Under the pieces are notes generated by a model. The model saw only the letters and a program-made list of their open reading frames with translations. It searched no databases and had not been told where the DNA came from. From a virus (Duplodnaviria > Caudoviricetes), in the IMG/VR virus record IMGVR_UViG_3300044675_003079, positions 1-53,580 of that record: a stretch of DNA of 53,580 nucleotides; one strand, written 5' to 3'. The stretch's first letter is position 1. Each line of letters opens with the position of its first letter. The position numbers and the translations under genes were made by a program. Below are positions 17,268 to 26,411 of this stretch, one piece after another.

Positions 17268-18436
17268 TGCTTGGTGTAGTTGCATCCAGCGCTTACCCCA
17301 TTCCAACTGTGACGTTGGGGGCGACAACTAACTTCAATCAAAACCTCGCGACCCTTAACGCAACCGTCAATGGGCAAGGTTTAAGCACGACCGTTACGAC
17401 TCAGTACAGTTCTAACGGTGGCTCAACGTGGTCTACAGCCGTTTCCATGACTGGTTCTCCCACTTATGGTTCAACAGCGATGTACGCCAATGTGACTGGT
17501 TTGGCTGTAGCGACTGCCTACATTGTCCGAGTCACAGCAACAAACGCTAAAGGTTCAGTTGTTGTTCAGAACAGCAACGGCAACTTCACAACGTGGACGC
17601 TCAAGACCTTTATCCAAACAACTGCAGGTTCATACTCAGTTTCTATTCCTTCAGTAACACCAACAGGTGGTTCGGCTATCGCTCCGACCATTTACGAAAT
17701 GCTGATTTACGGTGGTGGTGGGGGTGCTAACTACTCTGGAGGTGGTGGTGGTGGCTACAGAATTGCCGCCTCTAAAGCATCATCGGCTAGTGGAACTCAA
17801 AACGTGACAGGAACCATCGGTGCTGGTGGTGCTGGTGGAGATGGTGGTGGTGGAGCAGGAAACGGGACGGCAGGAGGTGCGACAACACTGGTTATTGGGG
17901 ATACCACTTATTCTGCTGGTGGTGGTGGAGTAGCAAACTGGCTCACCAATGGTGGTGCTAGTGGTGCTGGCGATAATCCTTCCCGAGCAGGAGGAACAGG
18001 TAACTATGGGTACACCTATTTCACGGGCAATTATGTGCAGGTCATTGTTGGTTACAACACTTACTGCTGTGCGACTGACCCTAAGTATGGTTTCTGCACT
18101 CAAACGTGCCCTGACTACAACAGCCCCATCTACGGCAACGACACCAATCAACCCATCTACGCAACCGATTACAACCGTTATGCAGGTGGTGGAGGTGGAG
18201 GCACCGACACTGCAGGAGGCAACGCCACATACCCAGACGGTGGTGGTAACGGTGGTAACGGTGGAGGCGCTTACGGCTTGAACGGTGGTAACGGTGGTCG
18301 TGGTGGAGGAACAGCATCTAACGGTTCAAACGGGACTGTCGTTGCTGGTGGAGTAGTTGTCGGTACTGGTGGTGCAGGTTGGTTTGGTGCAGGCGTCGCA
18401 GGTGGTGTCACCTTTAAGTATTATGGGGTCGCATGA
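17267..18436 (+). CDS. FN3-like + glycine-rich fibre/receptor-binding protein
   Basis: TGL...Y.VRV.ATN FN3-like strands; GGGGG-rich domain with a Cys/Tyr-rich insert. Confidence 0.7.
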   Translation: MLGVVASSAYPIPTVTLGATTNFNQNLATLNATVNGQGLSTTVTTQYSSNGGSTWSTAVSMTGSPTYGSTAMYANVTGLAVATAYIVRVTATNAKGSVVVQNSNGNFTTWTLKTFIQTTAGSYSVSIPSVTPTGGSAIAPTIYEMLIYGGGGGANYSGGGGGGYRIAASKASSASGTQNVTGTIGAGGAGGDGGGGAGNGTAGGATTLVIGDTTYSAGGGGVANWLTNGGASGAGDNPSRAGGTGNYGYTYFTGNYVQVIVGYNTYCCATDPKYGFCTQTCPDYNSPIYGNDTNQPIYATDYNRYAGGGGGGTDTAGGNATYPDGGGNGGNGGGAYGLNGGNGGRGGGTASNGSNGTVVAGGVVVGTGGAGWFGAGVAGGVTFKYYGVA

Positions 18437-19539
18437 TTACCGTTCGTCCTTTCACAATGTCTGTCTTAGACAAAGCCAAGCAGTTCTTTGCGTTGCGAAC
18501 CATCGCTTCAGACAGTTTGGAGATTGTTCGTCGTACCCCTGCAGGCGATGACCCATTCACCGACGCAGACGTTTGGCGTATGGACAATGGACAACTTGTG
18601 GTTTCTTTCAACCATCCCTTTTATTATGTGCGCAACCTTGTGCTCATAGCCAAGTCAGAGGGCGTTGAGGAAATCATCAACCTTGAGCATTTTGAACGCA
18701 TCATTGAGTTTTACGACAGGTCGCCAGACGTCAACACATCTGAAGTTGGCGTGTTTGTGTTCTGCAAGTCCGAGCCAATTTACGACCCTGCTTTGGAATG
18801 GCGTTGTGACAACACGCTGTACGGTGCACGAACCTACGACACGCCTTCGGTCAAGAACCCTCAACTGGTCAGTTCCGTTGATGACATCATCATGTACGAA
18901 CCTGTGCTGACAGTTCCTGCTCTGGGGCATTTGATTTACATTCATTTTCACAACGACGAGGTTTTGAGACGTGACTTCGTTGACAACGCCGAACTTCCGA
19001 TGAGCGCGTACACCTTGAGCGAAATGTTCAAAGTGCTTCACGAATGGGCAACAGTTGCTGACGCCCCATTCAACAACACCGACCCAATCTCCAGCGATGC
19101 GCGTGGGTTTCTTAACGCCATCGGCTTTGACGAAAGCCTGATAGCAGGTCAAGTAGATATGCAAGTCGCCTCGTACTTAAGAGGCAAAACGAACGCACGC
19201 CTACGCCCGACAGGTATTTTGCCTGCTTCACCTGAGTTGCTTCACTTTGTGCGTCAACGTATGTCCTTTAGTTCGCTCAGTGCGTTGTCTTTGGTTCACC
19301 CCGGCTTGGTGGACACGGCTCAAGTGCTGAAAGAGGAACAGCGCCAGTTGTACATTGGTATTCATAAGTTTCGTGATTTCTACAAAGTTGGTCTGGAAAT
19401 ACCTATCAACGACGACGAACGCGTCATTGAGCAAGCCCTCAAAATCCCACTGACCCATCGCCCGTACATTTACAACCAACTAAGGATGTTCCGTAACAAA
19501 CGCGAGGTTCTAGACAGGGTTGCTGATGCTCGTCTATAA
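18433..19539 (+). CDS. hypothetical protein (possible fibre partner/chaperone)
   Basis: 368-aa ORF, ATGA-coupled; no motif recognised. Confidence 0.65.
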   Translation: MITVRPFTMSVLDKAKQFFALRTIASDSLEIVRRTPAGDDPFTDADVWRMDNGQLVVSFNHPFYYVRNLVLIAKSEGVEEIINLEHFERIIEFYDRSPDVNTSEVGVFVFCKSEPIYDPALEWRCDNTLYGARTYDTPSVKNPQLVSSVDDIIMYEPVLTVPALGHLIYIHFHNDEVLRRDFVDNAELPMSAYTLSEMFKVLHEWATVADAPFNNTDPISSDARGFLNAIGFDESLIAGQVDMQVASYLRGKTNARLRPTGILPASPELLHFVRQRMSFSSLSALSLVHPGLVDTAQVLKEEQRQLYIGIHKFRDFYKVGLEIPINDDERVIEQALKIPLTHRPYIYNQLRMFRNKREVLDRVADARL

Positions 19540-21058
19540 CGACCTTAATGTTGTTTATTCGTCGGCAACAACGACGTATAACCAGACGTTTATTGTTTTC
19601 TCTAAGACGGCGTCTGGGTCGGGTTCTGGTTCCTCTTCTAACGCTCAGTTGGTTACGGGGAAGCGCACAGCATCGGCTTCGGGCGCAGGAACACAAACCA
19701 CGGTCTTTATTCACAAGGTTCTTAAGACGGCTTCAGGTTCAGGATTAGGTTCGTCAAGTAACGCAATAGTTCATTCCATCTACCGAAACGCGCAGGGTGC
19801 AGGACAGGCGTCAACTGAAGGTACAGCAGTCGGACTTCACACCAGCCCACGGTCGGCTTCGGGTTCTGGAGCAGGTGCATCTTTGGCAGTCGGACTTCAC
19901 AAAAGCCCACGAACAGCAACAGGGTCGGGGTCAGGTTCTGGACAGGCGTCGTACCTTCGCAAAGTTCCACGCACTGCGACCTCATCAGGTAATGGCACGT
20001 CGTCGGCTTCTATCCTCATCGTGCGCGCGCGTAACGCTTCAGGTTCAGGCTCGGGAGTTGGGACAGCCAGTTACCGCATCTCGCCTTTAAGAAGCGCGTC
20101 AGGGCAGGGAGTGGGGGGCAGTTCAACTGCATCCCGTAAAGCAACCTTCAAAACGGCGTCGGCAACGGGGCTAGGGCAGTCCGAAGCAGACGTTTTGCAT
20201 CACCACCATCGTCAGGCGACTGGCTCAGGGACTTCAACTTCCAACAACTCAATCGCCCACTTGGTTTACCGAACAGGGCAAGGCGCTGGACAAGGTTCAA
20301 CTTCTGGTAACGCTGTCGGCAAACACATACCCATACGCATGGCATCAGGCGCAGGCAACAGTGCGTCCTCAACGGTCTACAAACATTCGGTGTTCAAAAC
20401 TGCATCAGCGACTGGTGTGGGTGCGTCAGCAACGACGTTTATTCACATCAACATTCGTAACGCAACTGGCTCGGGTGTCGGTTCATCATCTGTAGTCAAA
20501 AAGCGCACCATCCCACGAACCGCGACAGGCGCCGGTGTTGGGACTTCAACAACAACGAAACTTCACACCAACAAGCGAACAGCGTCGGGTTCGGGTTCAA
20601 GTTCATCGGCGACTTCAATTGCCCACAAGGTCTACCGAAACGCACAAGGCGCAGGTCAAGCCGCAACTGAAGGTACAGCAGTCGGCAAAACCACTAGGTT
20701 CCGTACTGCAAGTGGGGTAGGCGTTGGTTCTGCAACTGCCGTTCGCCTTGTCAAATCAAAGCGTGGGAGCACAGGTGCAGGACTCGGAACTCAAATAATT
20801 GCCTTCAAGCGCAGGTTGCCTCGCTCATCTGTTTCGGCTGGCGCCGGCGCTGGCAACGGAGTTCGTATTGTTCGTAGCAAAAGAACAATGGTCGGTGCAG
20901 GAGTTGGCGCTTCAGCCAGCGAGGGTTTTCGGCGTCTAAATATATCCAGCAAGACAGCAACAACGTCATTATCTGGTGGCAACCGTTCTGTCAGCGTTAG
21001 TGGGGTTTCTACGGTGGTTTCAGCGTCGGGTTCTACACTCACAGTAGATGCTTCATAA
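19526..21058 (+). CDS. Ser/Gly/Thr-rich repeat virion protein (~20-aa period)
   Basis: More than 20 repeats of [RK]-T/N-A-S/T-G-S-G-x-G; ATG at 19526 (ORF track starts 19520). Confidence 0.7.
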   Translation: MLVYNDLNVVYSSATTTYNQTFIVFSKTASGSGSGSSSNAQLVTGKRTASASGAGTQTTVFIHKVLKTASGSGLGSSSNAIVHSIYRNAQGAGQASTEGTAVGLHTSPRSASGSGAGASLAVGLHKSPRTATGSGSGSGQASYLRKVPRTATSSGNGTSSASILIVRARNASGSGSGVGTASYRISPLRSASGQGVGGSSTASRKATFKTASATGLGQSEADVLHHHHRQATGSGTSTSNNSIAHLVYRTGQGAGQGSTSGNAVGKHIPIRMASGAGNSASSTVYKHSVFKTASATGVGASATTFIHINIRNATGSGVGSSSVVKKRTIPRTATGAGVGTSTTTKLHTNKRTASGSGSSSSATSIAHKVYRNAQGAGQAATEGTAVGKTTRFRTASGVGVGSATAVRLVKSKRGSTGAGLGTQIIAFKRRLPRSSVSAGAGAGNGVRIVRSKRTMVGAGVGASASEGFRRLNISSKTATTSLSGGNRSVSVSGVSTVVSASGSTLTVDAS

Positions 21059-21072
21059 GGTCGGAGAATAAC

Positions 21073-21780
21073 ATGGCAGGCGTAACAATCAAAAAGGGTG
21101 ACAGACTTCCAGTTCTTGCACGCCAATTCACCCTTGACGGTGGGGCAATTGACCTGACTGGCTCCACCGTTATTTTTGATATGTGGAACGCCTCAACAGG
21201 CGCGCAAGTCATCACGGCAGGAGCCGCAACGATTACTGGTGCCGCAACGGGTGATGTTGAATACGCATGGACATCTGCCGATGCAACTTTGGTGGCTGGT
21301 CAATACCTCGGAGCGTTCACAGCGTCGTTCTCGGGTCGCACAATGACAGCGCCGAACAACGGCATGATTACCATAGAGATTTACGCTGATACAGCGTCCG
21401 ACTGGTCGTACACAGGTAATCCAAGTGCGCGCCCTATTGACATGGTTCGTTTCTTAATTGGAGACACCGACTCCACAAATGCACAACTGAACGACCATGA
21501 AATCACTGCTTTGCTTTCGCAAGGGTCAAATGACGCAAACCGCGCCGCTGTTTATGCGTGTCGTTCGCTGGCAACTAAATACGCATCAAAAGCCGACTAC
21601 TCGCGTTCCGTTGGTGGTCTTTCAATATCTACGCAATATGGCGCGACGGCTGACCGCTACCTCAAGTTGGCGGCAACTTTGTCTGCGCAAGGAGATGAAC
21701 AAGACCCACCTATCCCGACAGTGTCTGCTGACGCTTTGGGTTCGTTTCACTTCTCAGTTGACATGGACAAGTTTCGGTGA
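21073..21780 (+). CDS. BppU-like N-domain fused to head-tail adaptor
   Basis: IKKGDRLP...IDLTG...G.VEYAW N-domain; WSYTGNP...VRFLIGDTD...L.DHEI adaptor domain. Confidence 0.7.
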   Translation: MAGVTIKKGDRLPVLARQFTLDGGAIDLTGSTVIFDMWNASTGAQVITAGAATITGAATGDVEYAWTSADATLVAGQYLGAFTASFSGRTMTAPNNGMITIEIYADTASDWSYTGNPSARPIDMVRFLIGDTDSTNAQLNDHEITALLSQGSNDANRAAVYACRSLATKYASKADYSRSVGGLSISTQYGATADRYLKLAATLSAQGDEQDPPIPTVSADALGSFHFSVDMDKFR

Positions 21781-22106
21781 CGATTGAGTCCGTGTTTCTT
21801 GACCTGATGCCTTCAACGGTGACGTGGTACTCACAAACGACTCGTGACGCCTATGGTAAAGACACATGGTCTGGGACTGCCAATAAACAACGCTGTCGTA
21901 TTGAAAAGAGCAAAGGGCTGACAAACACGGACGATGGGCAGTCTGTTGACGAAGATGGAACTGTTTATTTCTATGGCGTGAGCACTATCGGGATTAACGA
22001 TAAACTGGTGTTGCCTGACGGGAGCACAAGAATTGTCCTGACCATAAACACCCACAATGACGGCGACGGTGCTTTTGTTACAGTGCTGACGTTCGGGAAG
22101 GCGTGA
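21777..22106 (+). CDS. head closure/stopper protein
   Basis: 109 aa, D.YG, D.L.LPDG; position in neck module. Confidence 0.65.
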   Translation: MTIESVFLDLMPSTVTWYSQTTRDAYGKDTWSGTANKQRCRIEKSKGLTNTDDGQSVDEDGTVYFYGVSTIGINDKLVLPDGSTRIVLTINTHNDGDGAFVTVLTFGKA

Positions 22107-22107
22107 C

Positions 22108-22518
22108 ATGGCTACGATTAACGGAATTGAGAAGTTGCTCGGGGCTTTACGCAAAATGGAGCACGACACAGTCGGTGTTGTTGGGCGCGCCCTTTATGAA
22201 GAGGCGTTAGACGTTGCTCAAAAGGCTGACCTTCTTGTCCCTTACGACTCAGGTATGTTGGCGCGTTCGCAGGTTGTGCATCACCCAAATCAGGCAGGCA
22301 ACAAAGTATTCGTGGACATTACCTACGGTGGAGTTGCGACTCCGTACGCACAAGTTCAACATGAAAATCTTGCCTTTTTCCACCCCTCTAAAGCATCAGG
22401 GCTTCCACCAAACGGACGTCAAGCGAAATACCTAGAACAGCCAGCGCGCGAAGCGTTGATTGGGTTGCAGTACCGACTCGGCATTCGCATTGAAGCAATC
22501 GCGAGAGGATTTATCTAA
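22108..22518 (+). CDS. HK97 gp10-like neck protein
   Basis: VP.DSG.L.RS, YA..QHE, QAKYLEQP motifs. Confidence 0.8.
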   Translation: MATINGIEKLLGALRKMEHDTVGVVGRALYEEALDVAQKADLLVPYDSGMLARSQVVHHPNQAGNKVFVDITYGGVATPYAQVQHENLAFFHPSKASGLPPNGRQAKYLEQPAREALIGLQYRLGIRIEAIARGFI

Positions 22519-22916
22519 TGCCTTTGTTAGACGCTCTTGGAGCAAAACTTGTCACCGACGGAGTTGGAACTTTGGCTACCGACATTTTCTTGTCGTACTT
22601 GCCTGACTCTCCCGATGTGGCAGTTGCTGTTTATGAGGACAGAGGAAATGGTGCTGACCAAGTGTTCGGAGCCAGCGTTGTTTCAATTGAGCGTCCGTCA
22701 ATCCGTGTTGTTGCCCGAGCGTCCCGAGATGACTATCCAACTGCCCGAGCCAAGTTGCTGACCGTTCGCGCGAGCCTCGGGGCAATTCGTGATGTCACGA
22801 TTTCAGGAGTCAATTTCATGTGTGTCATTGCCGACTCTGACCCATACCCAATGGGGCGCGATGAAAAGGAACGACCCATGTTTGGGCTTGACCTTCAAGC
22901 GTGGATTACGCCGTGA
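22518..22916 (+). CDS. tail terminator / minor capsid-type protein
   Basis: LPDSPD, ERPSI.V..R, P..MGRDEKERP motifs. Confidence 0.75.
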   Translation: MPLLDALGAKLVTDGVGTLATDIFLSYLPDSPDVAVAVYEDRGNGADQVFGASVVSIERPSIRVVARASRDDYPTARAKLLTVRASLGAIRDVTISGVNFMCVIADSDPYPMGRDEKERPMFGLDLQAWITP

Positions 22917-23173
22917 GCGTTGTCCGTTCCACAATCCTGCACCACATCGGGTCAGGTGAGCCTGACGAGCCACAGGTGGATTATCAAGCCATCCTTGATG
23001 GGCTGGACGCCGTTTCTAACGCTGTTGCCGAACTTCGCAAAATGGTGACCCAGAAAGTGACGCCCGTCACTACCGAGGATGGCAAATGCCTTCATCCGTC
23101 GCCTGACCGCCGTGAAGCAGGGACATTTTCCCAAGTTCAGCCTTATTGTGGGCGTTGTGGCGAGTTCCTGTGA
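22913..23173 (+). CDS. small Zn-ribbon protein
   Basis: CxH...CxxC; GTGA-coupled start. Confidence 0.55.
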   Translation: MSVVRSTILHHIGSGEPDEPQVDYQAILDGLDAVSNAVAELRKMVTQKVTPVTTEDGKCLHPSPDRREAGTFSQVQPYCGRCGEFL

Positions 23174-23346
23174 ATACAAGCCCTTCAGACGCCCCTGACA
23201 GCCCCACACCCGACCCCTACGGGCGTTCGGGGCGTGCTGACGCCAAGCCTCGCTGTTGGCGCTGTAAACGCCTGTTGGCTGAAATGGTGACCCGTCCGTG
23301 GTCAATTACCTGCACAAGGTGCAAGGCGCAGAACGTCAACGATTGA
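23170..23346 (+). CDS. com: Com-family zinc-finger regulator
   Basis: RCWRCKRLLAE...ITCTRCKAQN matches the Mu Com-type RCxxCxxLL...IxCxRCxxxN pattern. Confidence 0.7.
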   Translation: MNTSPSDAPDSPTPDPYGRSGRADAKPRCWRCKRLLAEMVTRPWSITCTRCKAQNVND

Positions 23347-23347
23347 C

Positions 23348-23383
23348 TTGACTAGGGGTTAGTTCCCACGGCAAGATGGGCGC
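23348..23383 (+). promoter_or_regulatory. leaderless promoter
   Basis: TTGACT-18nt-CAAGAT-6nt-ATG; same layout as 44295-44329. Confidence 0.6.
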
Positions 23384-23803
23384 ATGGAAACAATCACCTA
23401 TGAAGCCCTTGTGGAACTGGTCGCGCAATGCGTGGACTTTGTTCCTGCAAAGCAGGAAGTCCCGACATGGACAAACAACCACAAACACATCGTCGCCAAG
23501 CGCGCGTCTGGTGTGGACGTGGACAACCCTGTGCGAATTGAGTGGACAGCCGACTGGACGATTTGCGGATTGAGCAACAGCGCCTTCGTTGAGTCCCTCG
23601 GTCGCGACGGCGAGTTGCGCGTTTGGAATGTCAGCGCCAAGACAAAGAAGGCAGTTGCCGACCAAGTCCACGAGCGCATTGTTATGGAACTGGCAGACGC
23701 CTTTTGGGGTGTCATTGACTACGGCTTCAGTCAGGACGAAGACCTCGCCGACAAAATCCTCAAAGCCCTCACAGAGTTCGCTTCAAAGAAAGAAGGAAAG
23801 TAA
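23384..23803 (+). CDS. hypothetical protein (inserted early-type block)
   Basis: ORF directly after the promoter. Confidence 0.65.
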   Translation: METITYEALVELVAQCVDFVPAKQEVPTWTNNHKHIVAKRASGVDVDNPVRIEWTADWTICGLSNSAFVESLGRDGELRVWNVSAKTKKAVADQVHERIVMELADAFWGVIDYGFSQDEDLADKILKALTEFASKKEGK

Positions 23804-24193
23804 ATGAAAATCATCAACTGCAAAAGGTGTGGGCAAGGCAACCTTGTCTGGGCAACGAGCAAGGCTGGCAAGTATTACTTGACCGACGCCGAGGCAACAG
23901 GAATCAGGAATGCCAACGGCAAACTCATCAAAACGCTCCAGTTGGCGCATCAATGCAAAACGCCCGAGGAAATCGCGGTGGAGGCAGGCTTTGACGAGGC
24001 GTGCCAACGCGCTCAGGTAATCCTTCAGGCTTTGGAGGATTCATGGCAACAAATCAGTGTCCTTGTGGAACAACCCGAAATTGACGGTGACGCGCTGGAC
24101 GCTTTGACAGAAGCCAGAAAGCCATTACAGGCTGAACTGGACAAATTAAAGGAACTGCACAATTACAACTTCGTATTGGAGAAATACAAATGA
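23804..24193 (+). CDS. hypothetical protein with CxxC...HxC Zn-binding motif
   Basis: CKRCG...W..SKAGK...HQC. Confidence 0.65.
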   Translation: MKIINCKRCGQGNLVWATSKAGKYYLTDAEATGIRNANGKLIKTLQLAHQCKTPEEIAVEAGFDEACQRAQVILQALEDSWQQISVLVEQPEIDGDALDALTEARKPLQAELDKLKELHNYNFVLEKYK

Positions 24194-24486
24194 ACAGCAT
24201 CAGCACCTGCGTTGAACACGCACCGACCTATTCGTCGGCACCTTCATGGCGTGCCATCGCCATCCTGAATGGCAGACGCACCAGTATGTGCTGTATGCAC
24301 AGCCACAGCAGGAAAGACCTCGCAGAGAAATGCGCTGGTAAATACTTCTTGAAAATCATCGCCCCACTTCCAAACGCCGAACTGGTTGACATTGGTCACG
24401 GGCAATTTGAAGCACGCTGGACTGACAACCACAACCGAAACGTCACACGCCGATTCCACTACCAACCAGAAAGCAGAAACCAATGA
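24190..24486 (+). CDS. hypothetical protein
   Basis: CxHxH...C motif; coupled at both ends. Confidence 0.55.
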   Translation: MNSISTCVEHAPTYSSAPSWRAIAILNGRRTSMCCMHSHSRKDLAEKCAGKYFLKIIAPLPNAELVDIGHGQFEARWTDNHNRNVTRRFHYQPESRNQ

Positions 24487-24950
24487 GAACCATACATAAC
24501 GAACGAACTGGTGAAATACCAGAAGACCAGAGTCGGGAGGCGTGCCGAGCGCGCGCCTTCATGATGCGCAACACGCAGTGCGCTTCGGCTGACTTGCCAG
24601 AGGAATGGGAAAGCATCCACGATGCAACTTTGGAGCAAAAGTGCAATCGCCTCGCCACGGTCAACACAGGCAAGTGGGAGTTCGCTCGGAGCCTTGCCCA
24701 ACAGTTCAAGGACAAAGGCGCCCTTTCCGAAAAGCAACTGGTCTGGGTCAATCGCCTCTACAGAGAGCACGCCGAAATCAATCGCATCATTCGCAATGTC
24801 CGCGCAACCCACAAATGGACAGCGGTTGGTGCCATCACTCACAATATGAACACGGTGCTTGGCACCTACGCCATTACCAACTTCCACAAGTGCGACAGTT
24901 GTGGCGAATGGGGCGAGACCTACGAAAGCAACAACTACTCAGGCGATTAA
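24483..24950 (+). CDS. hypothetical protein
   Basis: FARSL..QF..KG.LSEKQ motif; C-terminal CxxC. Confidence 0.6.
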   Translation: MRTIHNERTGEIPEDQSREACRARAFMMRNTQCASADLPEEWESIHDATLEQKCNRLATVNTGKWEFARSLAQQFKDKGALSEKQLVWVNRLYREHAEINRIIRNVRATHKWTAVGAITHNMNTVLGTYAITNFHKCDSCGEWGETYESNNYSGD

Positions 24951-24976
24951 AGAAACGTCCGATGTCGCCTAAAGGG

Positions 24977-25005
24977 TTGACCTCGGTCAATAAAGCCGTC
25001 ATACT
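24977..25005 (+). promoter_or_regulatory. promoter with a palindromic operator overlapping -35
   Basis: TTGACC-17nt-CATACT; TTGACC-tc-GGTCAA inverted repeat at 24977-24990. Confidence 0.55.
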
Positions 25006-25042
25006 CAATCCACTCCCAAACCCGAATAACAAGGAGGCTCAA

Positions 25043-25255
25043 ATGAGCGAAACCCAAACCCCAACCATCTCCCGTAAAGAGGAGCAACTTCTACGAGACC
25101 AAACCACATGGGAAACTTACGTTTCCGTTGGCAATTGGGTAGAAGTGGCAAAGCAAATGAACTACGCGAACGGCTCCTGCGCCCGACGCGCTGGACTTCG
25201 TCACGCTTTCCTCCACAGCCTGCTGGTGCAGGGCGACAACCCCCAAGTCGTCTGA
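25043..25255 (+). CDS. stand-alone HTH protein paralogous to the HTHs in ORFs 4574 and 9157
   Basis: AAGGAGG SD; W.EVAKQMNYANGSCARRAGLRH; true start is internal to track ORF 24605..25255. Confidence 0.75.
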   Translation: MSETQTPTISRKEEQLLRDQTTWETYVSVGNWVEVAKQMNYANGSCARRAGLRHAFLHSLLVQGDNPQVV

Positions 25256-25338
25256 ACCCCCAAACTGCACCAGTCATGGGAACCTCGGCGTGTGGTGACG
25301 CCCTTTTGCTAGGGTCGGTAGCCACCGCCGAGGACTCC

Positions 25339-25737
25339 ATGAACAACAGCGAACACATCACCCACCTAGAGACATGGACGGCGTTTCCTCGGAACACGCC
25401 GTTTGTCGTCAAAGGGCATCTAGGCATCTACCGATACCGCTACCACTTTCAACCAGAGGTTGGAGAGGCTAGAGTTGCTCTCTACGGTGGCAAAGCACCA
25501 GCCCACCGTGTTGACGCAGATGTCCTTGACCTGACCGTCGTTTCCGATAATGAACTCGCGATGATTCGCCATGCATCCTCACGAGGGGAGGTGACACTAG
25601 ACAACACCAAAATCGTCACGCTACTCGCGTGGGACGTGACTCGCCCGAAAGCCAAAATAACAATGGCTTCAGGAGCGATTCTTACGGTCAATAAAGACCG
25701 CCTACAACTACCACAAGAAGGAAAACCTCCACAATGA
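25339..25737 (+). CDS. hypothetical protein
   Basis: GAGGA SD before ATG 25339; coupled to the next ORF. Confidence 0.55.
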   Translation: MNNSEHITHLETWTAFPRNTPFVVKGHLGIYRYRYHFQPEVGEARVALYGGKAPAHRVDADVLDLTVVSDNELAMIRHASSRGEVTLDNTKIVTLLAWDVTRPKAKITMASGAILTVNKDRLQLPQEGKPPQ

Positions 25738-26369
25738 TAAAACGTTGGATTCTCGCGTTTGCCCTACTCGGCATCGTGTTTCATTTAGGGGCTGACAACC
25801 AGCCCACTGCCCTATCAACCACTACCTCAACCGTCCAGATGGACATGGCGCGACTACCTCGCCCCGTACGGCTCTTTCTAGCCGAACCAACCACCACAAC
25901 CGCCGTGGTCAGGAAAGCCTCTCTCAAGCCCACACAGGCGCCTTTCAAGCCAAAGTGGGTCACCCTTCAGGTTGACGGAGAAACCATCTCCATCCCTCGG
26001 GACAAAACCTATCGTTGCCCCAAACTGGAGCCAGCCATCAGAAAGGCTGGTCTGAAGCCAACTGCCGTGTGGAGTTACATCGCCTACCGCGAGTCACGAT
26101 GCACGCCAAAAGCAATCGGCTGGAACTACAAGAAAGGCAAGTCAGAAGAGAACTGCAAACTTGCCCATAGGTCTGTTTACAAGAAGTGCTCTGCCATCTC
26201 CTCATATGACTCTGGGGTTTGGCAAATCAACTCAACGTGGAAAACGCTGACGGCTCAAACCTGCAATTCGCCTTTGGGCGACATGGAAGTTTTGCTGACC
26301 GTTGAGTGCAACATCAAAATGGTGAAAGCGCTCTACGGTGACGGAGGGCTTGGTCACTGGGGTTTCTAA
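25734..26369 (+). CDS. secreted/membrane-anchored lytic transglycosylase (SLT/lysozyme-like)
   Basis: N-terminal hydrophobic signal; IAYRESRC catalytic Glu motif; DSGVWQINS; C-terminal G..HW. Confidence 0.75.
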   Translation: MIKRWILAFALLGIVFHLGADNQPTALSTTTSTVQMDMARLPRPVRLFLAEPTTTTAVVRKASLKPTQAPFKPKWVTLQVDGETISIPRDKTYRCPKLEPAIRKAGLKPTAVWSYIAYRESRCTPKAIGWNYKKGKSEENCKLAHRSVYKKCSAISSYDSGVWQINSTWKTLTAQTCNSPLGDMEVLLTVECNIKMVKALYGDGGLGHWGF

Positions 26370-26411
26370 ATCCTCCTACGGTTCAGGTGGTGTGTCACTA
26401 TTGCCAGCCCT

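Noticed and set aside
24605-25042. N-terminal 146 codons of track ORF 24605..25255
   Set aside because: Overlaps ORF 24483 and a promoter; the SD-supported start is 25043.
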